Part shown: piece by piece, positions 36,204-49,096 of the stretch
How positions within the stretch are numbered: the stretch's first letter is position 1
Layout of the letters: each line of letters begins with the position of its first letter
Source of the DNA: Welwitschia mirabilis
Taxonomy: Eukaryota
Assembly: GCA_051453625.1 (NCBI GenBank)
Contig: JBOZIK010000001.1
Span: forward strand, 2,999,880 to 3,056,397
DNA: 56,518 nucleotides
Direction: 5' to 3'
Translations under genes and position numbers: made by a program
Notes under the pieces: generated by a model
What the model saw: only the letters and a program-made list of their open reading frames with translations
Database searches by the model: none
What the model was told of the DNA's origin: nothing

Positions 36204-39200
36204 GGTTGGTGGGCAATGGAAAGGAAGTGTGAGGGAGGGAATTATGTATAAATATTTGAGGTTCATAATCAAACAAATAAGTTGGGCTATCATCCTCAGG
36301 GAAGAAAGTGAGACTTCAACAAGATCAAATTCTACATCAAAAGCAAGGTGAGATTATTATTTGAATGTATTACTTTCTTTTGATATTGTGCATTAATCCA
36401 AGCATTAAGTCCATAGGATTTGCTTAACTACTCATTCTTGGTTATAGCATAGTTTTCATTTTTTAGCTTCTTTTTATAATTAGAATTGGTAATTTGGTCT
36501 ACTTCTCGTGGTTTAGTTTGATTTTGGAGGCTATAATTTTATGCCTACGCCTTGTACTTTGTGTGATATTGGTGACTCCCTTAGTTACTATATAACATAA
36601 TTCTTCTTATTCTACCTTTCTCATCTATTTTTATGGATAACAGTAAAATAATTATATGAAGTCTTTGTAGAAAGAAGAAGAAAGTTTCTAATAAAAAATG
36701 ATGCTGAAACTAAGAATTGGGCCCCTTCCTCTTTTCCACCTTCTTCTTTTTCCCCTTCTTCTTTTCAACCTTTATGTATGAATAATGGTGATAAGACTTA
36801 ATGTATTAGGACTTATACCTCATTTAGAAAACCATTCTACAATAAATTTAACATACCTCAATATCCTTTAATAGATGAAAATGAAGAAGTAATAGATTTC
36901 TTATATCCATCAGGTTCTTTGAACAACCAAATTAATCAAGATAATTCTCTTAATCATTTAATTAAAGAGTTGAATAAAACATAAGATACCATCAACAAAA
37001 ATATGAAGAATCTATAGGCATATTTCAGTAAACCATGTTAGGAAATAAAAGACCTTAAAGTTCTGTTACTACTCCAAATAGTATCAACTCTCAATGAAAG
37101 AGATGATATGACAGAATTAGAGGATGAAATGGTATAATTAAATGATAAAATTTGAAATTAATTATCCTTATTCTACCATTGAGAAGAAAGCCAAAGTGAT
37201 AACAATGAATTTTTAGCTCACCAACTAAACAAAAATAATGAGAATGATAAGTTAATATATGATGGTATAGAGATAGTAGATTATATTCTAAATATCCACT
37301 TACTTTTGTAAAATAAATGTAAAAGGAAAGAAGAAATTCTAGAGGAATTTTAAAATCTTCCAACCAGTGATGAATCTAGTGATCCTATTTCTCTTTTAAT
37401 TTTTTTGATGAATCTAATAACTTGAAGAATGGTGATATACAAAATGATGATGATCCAAATAATGAGAAGGAGGAGGATAAGAAAGAAGTTGTAGATATTT
37501 AATAAAATCCAATAGGAAACAAACTTCTCACATCCCATGAAATAATCAAACTTAAAGAATCTAACCTTATCAAGGATGTTTTTCCATCTTTCCTACTTAT
37601 GCTTTCATGTAAAACTTAAAATACTGGTATTTCTTCTACCCCAATCCCACATTACCTTGTACTTTTGAAAAACATGATTTATGATTTCTTAGAATCTTGA
37701 ATTGAAGAAAATCTTATCTTCTTGATGCAAATCTATACCTTAAGTTGAATCTTAAGGAACGTCTTGGTCTACTAAACATGTCTTAACCAATCATTCCTTC
37801 CAATATTTTTTGGATCTATTCTTTGAGTAGCACCATTGACGAATTACAAAATGACAATTATGCTTACAATACTTGGCATTAATTCAATAAGAGATTATTT
37901 TTCAATGAAATCTGTCAATTCTTCATTTATTATTTAGATTATGAAATTTGTGTTATTAAGATGTTATCAATATATTTCTTTTACTACCAATTGATTTCAT
38001 TCAAGGATGATCATATGCGTTTAATGTTTCATCGATTGGTTTCTATATCATTTGGTCCTTATTTTACTAAAAAAGTATGATTTAATGACTATGTTTGAAC
38101 AACTACCTTTTTGCATAAGAAAAAACACAAAGCAAAAGAACAATGGTCTTGTACTATTATTCTACTTGAAGCAATTGATTTCTTGAAGCCTCTTTTCTTG
38201 GAGGAATCTCCACCACTTACCCTTGTATAAATGTTATTATTCAAATGCTCTCTCTTTTTTAACATTTCTTAAATTAATTTTATTTTAGTTTTTCATCATG
38301 TAGTATGTTCAAGAATTTCATGCTTTTCCAATCTATGATGATTAATTGGATTTTAGCCAATTGAGAGGTACTTGTAAACCTATGAACTCTTAATTCATGA
38401 GAGAAAATTATACTTAATTGAGTTGTTTATGTTGTATGCTTTATTTCTTCATCCACTTTAGTTTTGCTGTTGCAAGTTATTATTACTTTATAAGTCACAT
38501 TTTAGAGGAGGGAANNNNNNNNNNNNNNNNNNNNNNNNNNNNNNNNNNNNNNNNNNNNNNNNNNNNNNNNNNNNNNNNNNNNNNNNNNNNNNNNNNNNNN
38601 NNNNNNNNNNNNNNNNNNNNNNNNNNNNNNNNNNNNNNNNNNNNNNNNNNNNNNNNNNNNNNNNNNNNNNNNNNNNNNNNNNNNNNNNNNNNNNNNNNNN
38701 NNNNNNNNNNNNNNNNNNNNNNNNNNNNNNNNNNNNNNNNNNNNNNNNNNNNNNNNNNNNNNNNNNNNNNNNNNNNNNNNNNNNNNNNNNNNNNNNNNNN
38801 NNNNNNNNNNNNNNNNNNNNNNNNNNNNNNNNNNNNNNNNNNNNNNNNNNNNNNNNNNNNNNNNNNNNNNNNNNNNNNNNNNNNNNNNNNNNNNNNNNNN
38901 NNNNNNNNNNNNNNNNNNNNNNNNNNNNNNNNNNNNNNNNNNNNNNNNNNNNNNNNNNNNNNNNNNNNNNNNNNNNNNNNNNNNNNNNNNNNNNNNNNNN
39001 NNNNNNNNNNNNNNNNNNNNNNNNNNNNNNNNNNNNNNNNNNNNNNNNNNNNNNNNNNNNNNNNNNNNNNNNNNNNNNNNNNNNNNNNNNNNTAGCCTTT
39101 GTCCTATTTAATGGGTTCTACTATTTTTGATAAAAGCAAGATCAGTGGTTTAGAAATGAGATCCTTTATCACGTTATCAAAAATATTATTCATATACAAC

Positions 39201-39969
39201 CATCTTTCTAAGTTGATGTTTGGTGATCATAACTATGATATGTTAATTTCAATTAGTGTATTGTCATGTTCATTCACATTATTTGAACAACACTATGATG
39301 TCTTAACTAACTTTGAATCATGCATCTTTACTTGGAAATGAGACACCATTGCTAAGTAATCAACTTTAAATAAGATATGTTCTATTGTAATGTGTTTCTT
39401 TTTTCCTTAAGGTGGAATATTTTAAAGTTATTAATGCATCTTTTTCCATCATTTATGGGATTATAGCATTTTATTCATCAAAGAAACTTGCACCTTATTT
39501 TCCATGTTAATGATGATTTCACCTTTATCTAATTGTGCTACTACTCTCAAGATTCCTTACTCATATTTATGATGATTTAATGCTCTATTTCTAATCCATG
39601 TATCAATTTGCTGATTTAATTTTCCATATGTTAACTTTCTTTAAATTTGGGATAAATTTATCTTCCATTGAAGGGTGGAAACTTGGAAATCCTAAAAGAC
39701 TGAATCTATTTGAAATAAATATTTATCGTGAAATTTGGAATTATGGTTTTCATAAAACTCAAACCATAATTTTGAATTGAATGCATATCTTTTTATGATG
39801 TTTAAATATAATATTTACTTGGTATGATGGAATGAGATGTGTTCTATGTTTAACAATGTAATTTACTTTTATACTTGAATGTTATGTTTTATCCCTTTTC
39901 CAATTTGGCTTGCTTTTATTCTCTTCCACTTTCTTTACGAGGTAATGGAAAATGATTAATGTGGGGCTA

Positions 39970-40989
39970 TGTTGCACAACCGAATTCGTCATATTTAATG
40001 GTGGTCTAAAGTATGTTTTTAGGTAGTTTTAACAAGCTTAATGGTCAAATTAACCAAGTTGTGATGTTAGGACTAAAGAAAAGGATCAGGTAGAATTTAT
40101 GATTGAAATGGATAGTTTTTGGAGCTTTTCCAAAAAGTCATCCCTATGGCCATTCTAGACAAAGTAAGGAGAAAGACATGTGTTAAAGCATCAGTGGACA
40201 ATTATTAATAGTTTCAAGGGTAACCACATGATCATCTAAATGAGGAAAAGACAATGAAGCATATTGAAGAAGAAGATAATGAAGCATATTTAGGAAAAAG
40301 ACAACCAAACATCTTAAGGAGAAAGATGATGAAGCATCTCAAGAACTAAGATGATAAAATATCTTAAGGAGAAAGTGACGAAGCATCTTGAAAAGAATGA
40401 CAACGGAGAATCTTGTGGCCAAGTATCATCCACACCTAGCTCACCTACCATCTGATTCAAACCTATTAATACCCACATAGGCATTCCATTTATTCATATT
40501 TTAATTCAAGGAGTGTCTTATGATGATTGGAGCATAAGTTAAAAAAGGTCCATCTAGCTTGTGAGAAGGTTCTCTTTGGTGTCAATCTATGTCATTAGCA
40601 TTAAGTTGCTGTTACTCATAAAGGCTGCAAGCCTACTTCTCATTTTATTGATAATAGAGTGTGTGTTTTTCTTGTTATCTCTATTTCTAATTCATTTTCC
40701 ATAGTGTATTTGTTCAATGCTTTTAAAAGATAGACAATGATATGTTATGTTTTCTGAGGACCAACTTGAGTAACAAGAAGTTGGTAAAATTGATTAATTA
40801 ATTAGGTGAGGATTGCACGTCATCATTGCATTTATTTCATTTACATCTTTACATCATCACTTGCATTATTGATTTTCATTTTGCATTTCTAAATTAAAAA
40901 GACCAAAAATATATTCATCCTCTTTCTTTATCCCTCTCTCTTATTCATGAATTAGAACTTTCAACTCATTTTGTTCTAAGTGTGTGACA
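39970..40989 (+). mobile_element. Gypsy-type 3' LTR (~1020 bp) with PPT; 36200-39960 is probably its 3' internal region
   Basis: taatgtggggcta then TGTTGCACAAC at 39970. Ends gtgtgtgaca at 40989. ~25-bp repeats at 40245-40410 upstream of a TATA-like cctattaatacc (~40462). Confidence 0.65.
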
Positions 40990-43900
40990 TTCAAATTAAC
41001 TCATCATATAGTATGTTGTGTATCTAAGGCATTATGTATTAAATATTTTAGGTTTATAATCAAATAAAAAATTTAAATTGAAGCACATATTACACTCTTT
41101 AATAAAGAGAAAGGATATGTTTTTCTTTATTACTCTTAAACTTCTTTGTTAAGAGAAAAATAGAACATAATTACAAATATTTTATGTGCATTTTTCAACT
41201 ACCTCCACATTATATTAGTCATTATTTTGAGATTGTATTCAAATTTTTCTAACTTATAACCCTTTTCATCCCACAGATCTTATGGGTCTTTATGGATGTA
41301 ATAAAAAATTTTGTTTTGATTTCCATGTTTGTAATTTCATAGATTACAACATTATAGTTTCATGTATTTGTAGTTTCATAGATCTAGTTAGTTTTTCATT
41401 TGGTAGTTTTGCTAAATGCCTAGTAAGGGGAAAATAGAATACTATCTAGCAATAAATTACATTAAAATTAACAAATTCATATCATTATGGTAAAGTAACA
41501 AAATAAATGTTAAGCATAAAACTAATTACTATTCCAAAAATCGGATGGGAAATGATTTTAACAAAAATCAAACATTTTAAAATTATGATAAAGGATTTCC
41601 TTATGCAAATGAAATCTTTACCAAATAATAGGGAGAATAATAACTTTTAGTTCTAAATGCAATAGAAAAAGTTGAACCCTAATTCTTCTACTTTTATAAA
41701 GGATGTTCAAGTATTCATCTCTTAATCACAAAACCAATATTTGTTTTCACGTATTCAACATTTAAAAGTAGATGAAGATTTTAATGAATCTTTTCATTGA
41801 CCTCTCCATCTTATTATTGTAATGGATTTTCATTCTTTTTAATAGTAATAAAGAAATTTTTTATATAGAATAGTACAAAAAGATAAAGCAAGAGTTTCCA
41901 CTCAAAGATTAGAAATGATGTGATGCTTTTACAAATATCTCAAAAATTTTATTAGGTACTGCTTGACATGTAAGTGATGGGATATGAAGGAAAAAGAACG
42001 TGTTCCAGTGGTGAATGCAAAGAAGTAATGATGGCTTTTAAGTGTTAAAATAATCTAGAAAAATATTAAATTATATAAGAATTTCATCCATTACAAAAGT
42101 AGACATATATCAAATAAATGTAATTGGAATTAGTACACCTACTTAAAAAAGAGCTAAGGAATCTAGGAAGGTTCTTTGAAATAAACAAATATAGAATATA
42201 ATTTTCTTATTGAGACATCCCAAAATTTTTATCAAGACTTATTTAAGAACAACAATGGAATAGAACCTTTTTCGAATCTTGATAGTAAGGTATCACTTTC
42301 ATTTAAGGAAACATGCAAAAGAATCAAAATAATACCTTTAGGGAAGGTAGAAAATGTATAAGGCCTCTATGGAGAAATGTTAAAGTTAGGTAGGACTATA
42401 ATGAATTAATATGATTGTTTATTTTTTTCTTCTACTTGATCTGTGTTTTTATGTTCTATTTCATCAAATGGAAAGTTTGAGTCTTTTACATATAAAATTA
42501 AATACATTGTTTCGTATTTCATTAACTAAGTTAATAATTATTTTACCAAGTATGTTAACTTACTAACATTCCTATTTAATTTTAACTTAGTTTCATACTT
42601 TTATACTTTGATCTTTGTTTTTTTAATATCCATATGAATTTTTCTTATCTTTGTCTTGTGATTCATCTCCTATGTGAATTGGTTTGTCATTCTTCATTTT
42701 GAGTTCATCATCTTTAGAAGCATTTTAGAAATATTTCATCTATACAATTTCATCTTGGAAATAAGTAGGATAGTAATGTTTTGAAAAACTTCATCATTTC
42801 CAGTTTTCTAGATATCTTGTTTCATCTTAAGGTATTATTTTGATGGCTAATCATTTTTGTTGCTTCATCTTACTTTAATACTTTAGCTTTAATTTGTTTT
42901 ATGTTAAACTAACAAATAATTTCTTTGGTAATTAGAATTGCTTTCTTCTTAGAAGATGACTTATTAAATTTGTTTAAGCATTTTTTACATTAGGGTTTTT
43001 CCGTCTAGAAAGAAAGTTATGAAATAACACAAATATAAATACTTTGTACAACTTCTCATTTTATTACTTTAATAAATAGTCGATTTTGCAAGCTAGACAT
43101 ATAGGGAAACATGGGACAAAGTTTTGTTTAATATAGTAAAATTAAGTTTCTTTTAGTAGTTGATTTATCATGTCTTCAAGTTCCTCTAATTTATTGTTAT
43201 CTCCTTCACTAGCTAGTTTGACTAGTACATTAGTTTTTCTAGCACTATCTTTAGGCTGCTTATTTGACACAAGCTCATGGTGTAATGCTTGTATTAGGAG
43301 TTAAACTCAACATAGCTCCTTTATTTAGACTTTAAGCTCATCAATGGTGCTTTGTGCTTTATTAAGTTCTCAGTCTTTTGTGTTTCTCTCTTAAGATATT
43401 TGGTTCTTATTCCCTTTAAGCTAAGTAACTTAGAACTATGTTTCACTAAGATACTATTAGAGTGCATCTTTGTCTTGCTTTATTGAACTACTATAGTGTA
43501 CCTTCATCTTGCTTCATTAAGTTACTACTGGAGTTCTTTGTTATTTTGCTTCATCTTAACTAGTTTTTCTTTCTACTAGTTCATTACAATTTATATCATG
43601 AGAAGTTATTTTCATTAAATGACACTAATATGTCCTTGTTTTATAAAGAATCATCAAGTTCTTATAAGTTACATAGAACCCATTATGTGATTTCTTATTA
43701 TCCTTGTAGCATCAAGGTCATTGTGATACATGATAGCCAATATATTTATGGCTTCTATATCTAACATTCATTCTTCATATGAAGTTTTTAAGCCTTCACT
43801 TTTATTGAATTTGTTTATCCTTATACATCTTGTAAATATTTTATTAATATCAGGCATCCTTCTAGTGATACTTCTTTGAGCCTATCTGACATCACTTGTT

Positions 43901-44699
43901 TTAAGAATGCATGAAGATAAGATTTAATAAACTTAAAATACTCCCATTCACATTGTTTTAACATATCCTTACAACAACTTCTTCAATAGTGAATTGATGC
44001 ATCGAATGAAAGAAATAAAACAAAAACAATAGCAAATAATAACATGCCTTTAACAAACATAATAGTTGCAAAGTATTTGAATGCACTTAGTAGATTGCAA
44101 AATTACTTCGAAGGACATAGATAGATGTACGAAAGCATTACTACCTGCTTTATATACATGAAATTCAACTTGGCAAAGGAAAAAAAGATAGAATGAAGTG
44201 GCTACCTTTTACCTTTTATAGATTAATTTTGTAGATTTCACTATTGAAATTCAAAGAAATTTTAAAGTTTTAATTAAATACCTTTGTTTGATTTGATAAG
44301 TTCATTTACTGCCAAAACTAGCTACACTTGTAATATAAATTTTAGAAATTATCCATTTAAAATACACATCTATGTCAATTATTAAAGAAAATACAATGGG
44401 CAATGTCAATGCTATTTCATTTTAACAGTGTTTTAGGAAGTAAGAATGAGAAAAGTAGGTTTTTCTTTTCCTTTTTTTTTTTTTTTTTTTAAGAACCAAC
44501 CATGACTTCTTATAATGTTTTTATCTTTAAGATGAACACTTCAATATTTATCAAGCGCAACCTATAGCAGAAAGGTTCCAGATGTACTTTGAAAATTTTT
44601 TTCTTCCTTTAAATATACAAATGCACATTCCTAACTTATGTTTATTATAACTCTAGATGCTTCTGGAAACATGGGCAAAGGCAAAATAGTGTACCTTCC

Positions 44700-45720
44700 T
44701 TGCTTTTATAGATGGAATATGGTTTCGATGAATTGCTAAACTTCATCTTCATTAATGAACAATAACATGGTGTTGGCTATCCTATCAATTTCCATGGAAA
44801 TTAAAGCTTCATTACTAGGTGCTTCAACCAATGTTTGTAAAACATCTCTCACATCTTTGCTTTTTATAACACATAGATTTCAATTTGATTGTTTTAATCT
44901 TCCATAACATATGACCATAGTTATTTGGCTATAGAATAGAGTTTGCTCATATCTTCTAATGCTTCATGGTACTTCTATGCTTTACAAGTGAAAAATTTCT
45001 TTTTGATCTTATTGAGTTGTGTTTCGTGTTTCAATGTTTATCATTTCTTTTTAGTTTTGTCAACTAGAATTAAAGGGCATCCATCTTTAATGTTGCCATG
45101 TTTCATTTCTCACAAAACATGAATCATGCATGTTGTAAGAACTAGTTTCTTCTAAGATTGGGTTCTTTGACTTCTACAAATTTTGATGCCTTATCACTAG
45201 ATAAAAATGACCTTTGTTTTCTTTCTTCTTATATTTCTAGTTTCAAATAAATTGTCATGATGTTGATTTAACTTACAACTTTCACAATAACTAACATTTC
45301 ATTACCAAGGTTAGTTAACAAAACAAACAAATTTATTTCACTTGTTAGTAATCATAATTATCTATTATAAGTGCTTTTAAAGTTTTCTTCACAACCTTAT
45401 TTTTCTTGCTATCAGTTTTACTTTAGGATATAATTATCAAATGATGAATCTAAAGATTTGTTAGGTTCATCTTCATTACCTTAGGACTTAACCTTTATCT
45501 CTGAATTTATTGTTTCATTGCGGTCATCTCAAAATTAAAACCTTTACCTCTAATACCATGTTGGAAGATTGAGTGCATAGAAGTACTTTGGCATGATGTT
45601 GGAAGTTTAAGCATGTAGAAGCGCACTGATATCATGTTGGAAATTTATGTGCATGAAAGAAAAACAAGGTATACAAATGCTCTATTACTATGTTAGAGGT
45701 TGGTAAGTGGTTTGTATAGA
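44700..45720 (-). mobile_element. Copia remnant: LTR end, Met-type PBS and decayed gag N-terminus
   Basis: Minus strand CAACA (45559-45563) followed by TGGTATTAGAGG (45547-45558). Fragments NNYG..LWKIK and KSKDVRDVL...EAP (~44820-44930) resemble the start of copia gag. Confidence 0.5.
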
Positions 45721-46079
45721 AGCAATTTAAATAAATTGCTGAATCTTTAAGTTAATTCACAATAATAGAGAAAAAAAAGTGATAAGGAAAATACAAACTT
45801 TATATTATATGAAATGTTTGAGAATGATTAATTAAATAATCAATGACAAATTAATGTTATAAATAATGAACCACCTACCTAAGTTTTCAACTCAGACTTA
45901 TTTGATTCTTAATGTTCCTTCATGCTTCTTCTTATCCAATGGATTGATATTGTTGTTCATTTTTTCTTCTACTTAATCTTTGTTTTTATAACATGTTTTA
46001 CTAGATGGAATAGTTATGTTTTTTGCATATGAAATGAAACATGTTTTTTCATGTTTTATTTACCAAGTTAACAATTGTC

Positions 46080-47250
46080 TTAACAATTATATTAACTTGA
46101 TAATACTTATGTTATTTAAGAAGGGAAATAAACAAGACTTACATAATTATGGATTGATTGTAACTCGTAATTCTTTTGTAAAATACTTAGGAACTATCAT
46201 GGAAGTAAAACTTAATAGATGAACATAAGAAAATAACTTCGGGTAATTTCTTAAGTAAGCATTTAGAAATGTCATTCTATACTTAGATCATCTTATCATA
46301 TTAAAGTATCTTATTGATGAAGGTAAAAATCTAAATAAAATGACATTCATTTGTTTTGTGGATGTCTTTAAAACATATGATTTAGTTATTGGGAATAAAT
46401 ATTAGTAGTGATTACAAAATATTAGGCTTCTAGTAGCTTTATTATCTGCAATTTAGAAGCTGTATAAAAGGTATGTATCTAACTCAAAGATAATGTTTCT
46501 CAAGAATGTGTGATGTTTCATAGTTTTATTAGTGTTAAGCAAGGTTTTGCTCTCTCTCTTATATTTTGGAATATTTCTTAAAGAATTAGGGGCCTAAATA
46601 AATGAAAACTCCCTTAATCATTTAAAACTGGTAAGGAATTATCTTGTGATCCTCTTACCTTTGGTGGATGATGTTGCATTAATCTATAAAATAAAGCAAT
46701 GTCTATAACATATGCTACATATTTGGCATAAAATTTGCTATGAGTTTGAAATGAAGATTAATGTTTCAAGGGGAAAAAAATTGTTATGGTTTGCGTTTCA
46801 TGTCATATAGATTTTTTGTTTCAAAAAAGAAATGGATATGTTGAAATTATTCCATGCTATAAATACTTAGGATTAAAGTGCTTTAATAATTATAGATGGA
46901 ATAAGTGCATCACTTAAGAGGTCATTAGAGGCATGAAATGCTTATTTGCTTTGAAAACCAAATGCAAAAAGAGAGGCAATTTTATCTAGGAATGTCTGTA
47001 GATAACGTTTTTACATTATTATTCAATCAGTAATTCTTTATTTTTGTGTTGGGTTTTTGCATTAGCAAATAAAGACAGGAAGAAAAAACAGGAAGTCCAA
47101 AAATAATTCTTATTTTATGAATTTAAGGTAAAACCCTAAACACAATATGATATTACATGTATTGAAGCTAAATAGATACCTTTAGAGGTAGAAGGTATTT
47201 GTCAATTTGTAGCTTGTTCATAATCTCTAAAATTGCACTATACAAAATTT
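46080..47250 (+). mobile_element. Decayed non-LTR (LINE) reverse transcriptase
   Basis: In order: LFKKGNKQDLHNY, AFRNxHSILDHLI, FICFVDxFKTYDLV, SVKQGFALS, LPLVDDVAL (YADD box), MKINVS, YKYLGL. Multiple frameshifts. Confidence 0.85.
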
Positions 47251-47512
47251 TTAAAAATAATGTTCCAAGTGGCTTAAAAAAAAGGTTCCTTTTATTAAGG
47301 AAAGATTTGCCCTGAAAAATGAAACAATCAAGAAGAATTTTTTCACTGTGAATCTAAATAATTTTGAGTAATTATAAAACAAAAAACTTCAAATGATTTT
47401 AAAAAACATAAATGGAAAGAGAAATTTTATTGAAATAATATTATAGGAGGCATTTTTGTCAAGACAACTTTTTAAAGTGAAAGTTAAAAAACGTTTGGTG
47501 ACCCTACCTTCC

Positions 47513-47780
47513 TAAGGGCCTCAAAGTGTAGCAAACAAGGCATCTAAATGTTCAAACCTATAACCTTATAAATGGAAAACGAGTGTCCTACCAATTAAAG
47601 TGACACCCAATTGACATGTATATTAAAATATAATTTCAATAAATTAACTTTTAAAATTAGGGGCCTCATAGTGTAACAAATAAGACATCTAAACAAGCCA
47701 CAACCTTAAGAGAAAAGAGTGTCCCACAAATTAAGTTACCTCGTAAATTAAAATATGATTTAACTAAATTAACTTTTAAA
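47513..47780 (-). repeat. Two diverged direct repeats (~140 bp) containing a tRNA-like SINE head
   Basis: agggcctcaaagtgtagcaaacaagg...gagtgtcctaccaattaa (47515) and ggggcctcatagtgtaacaaataag...gagtgtcccacaaattaa (47660). Copy 1 on the minus strand has A-box-like TTTAATTGGT and B-box-like GGTTTGAAC. Confidence 0.5.
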
Positions 47781-48481
47781 GTTAATCTTAAATGTGGTTT
47801 AATGGTTTTCATATGTGTCTATTTCCTTTCCAAGACATAATGAGAGGAAGCCATCTTTTTAGTTTCTTATCAAAGCTGACATACAGCTCTTCTTCTTAAA
47901 CTGCCCCACCACACAGAAAAAAAATTATGGGAAAGGCAAAACAGGGCAGTAGGCAGGGAGATAAGAAGGCATCTGGGGCGGAGCTGAACAAAGAAGCTGA
48001 CATGCCAACAAAAACTCATGCAATAGGCCCAGAATCAAAACAAAAGGGTCCCAATTCTCCTCCCTCTGTGAACTCGTATCCATTACCTCAAAAATTTCGA
48101 TATTCCAAACAGGTTTAAATCCAGCGAGGCGCATCTGCGCATTAATTTTTGCTTCGACGAGGGCTTTTGGGTCGTTTCAGACGTGAGAGTTTATGGTGGT
48201 GAGTGCTCAGAAACAACCTTAAAACGAAAGAATCAACATAAGTGAAAGGGATATCCAGGAAATAGTTCAATGCCCACCTAGGATAGCCCCTGTGATCTTT
48301 CTGGGGCCCTTTCAATTTGCCCATGTCTCCCATTTCATTAAAGGACGATATTTCGAGAGAGAAATCGAGAGATCCGGTTGCTTCCTTGGTCGACGTCTAT
48401 TAATTTTTTCAGTTGTCGTTCGCAATAGTCTTGTGGGATATTAATCTTGGATGTGATTTTGATACGGAGAAGTTCGGAAAG

Positions 48482-48724
48482 ATGGAGAATACGGATAATG
48501 ATAACTGTAAGGTAGTTAAGGATCTTGCGGAACAGGTTAGGAATTTAACTGAGAGGGCTAAGACTTTGCAAGACGCAGCTTCTGCGTTTATTTCAAGAAT
48601 TAAAGTGGAAGAGGATTCAATCGCGCAGAGAGCAGTTGCGCTTGAATCCGATATTAGGCGCACAAAATCGGCCTTGTCTTCTGCCCGTCAGAAAGCAAGT
48701 ATCGATCCCCGTGATGCAGAAAAG
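48482..48724 (+). CDS. TMEM120: TMEM120/TMPIT-like membrane protein, coding exon 1 (N-terminal coiled coil, 81 aa)
   Basis: MENTD...EQVRNLTERAKTLQDAASAFISR...EEDSIAQRAVALE...DAEK, followed by the donor AAG|GTATGT (phase 0). CpG-rich context. Joins exon 2 in frame. Confidence 0.88.
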
Positions 48725-49096
48725 GTATGTTTTTGAACCTCTATAACCTCATTCGGTCCTTGAAATTTCAGTTGAAATTGATATTTTGAGCAGATTCCTC
48801 GATGGCTTTTATCTGTTTGAATGATTGAATCACTCAAATCATATTGTTATCTGTCAAATTTTGGTTACATTGACTATGAAATTTTAGATGAAATCGATGT
48901 TTTATTTGGACTGCTTGTTCAGTTTTTTTTGTGTTTCAACGATTGCATCCTTCCGTAAATGTTGTCAGTTCTAAGGTTTACATATCATTTACTTTTAATT
49001 GTTTTACAGACAGTTTCTCAATGGCAATTCTGAAACAACGATAGCACTTTCTGGGATAACTAACATTCATACTAATAAGGTACCATCCACTAACAG

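Noticed and set aside
36003..36351. HTHTHT and VCVCVC ORFs
   Set aside because: Translations of the (TG)n microsatellite and an N gap.
38418..39095. 225-aa ORF (also ORFs at 4220-4640, 7212-7571 and 15022-15231)
   Set aside because: Open only because N runs contain no stop codons.
41000..44500. Possible gene or Helitron in the AT-rich tract, including coding-like 42060-42400
   Set aside because: No ORF of 60 aa or more, no recognisable motif and no termini that I could support.
48142..48663. Minus-strand ORFs (48142-48333, 48409-48663, also 47925-48134) as a divergent gene
   Set aside because: No recognisable motifs or downstream exon chain, and one is simply antisense to exon 1.
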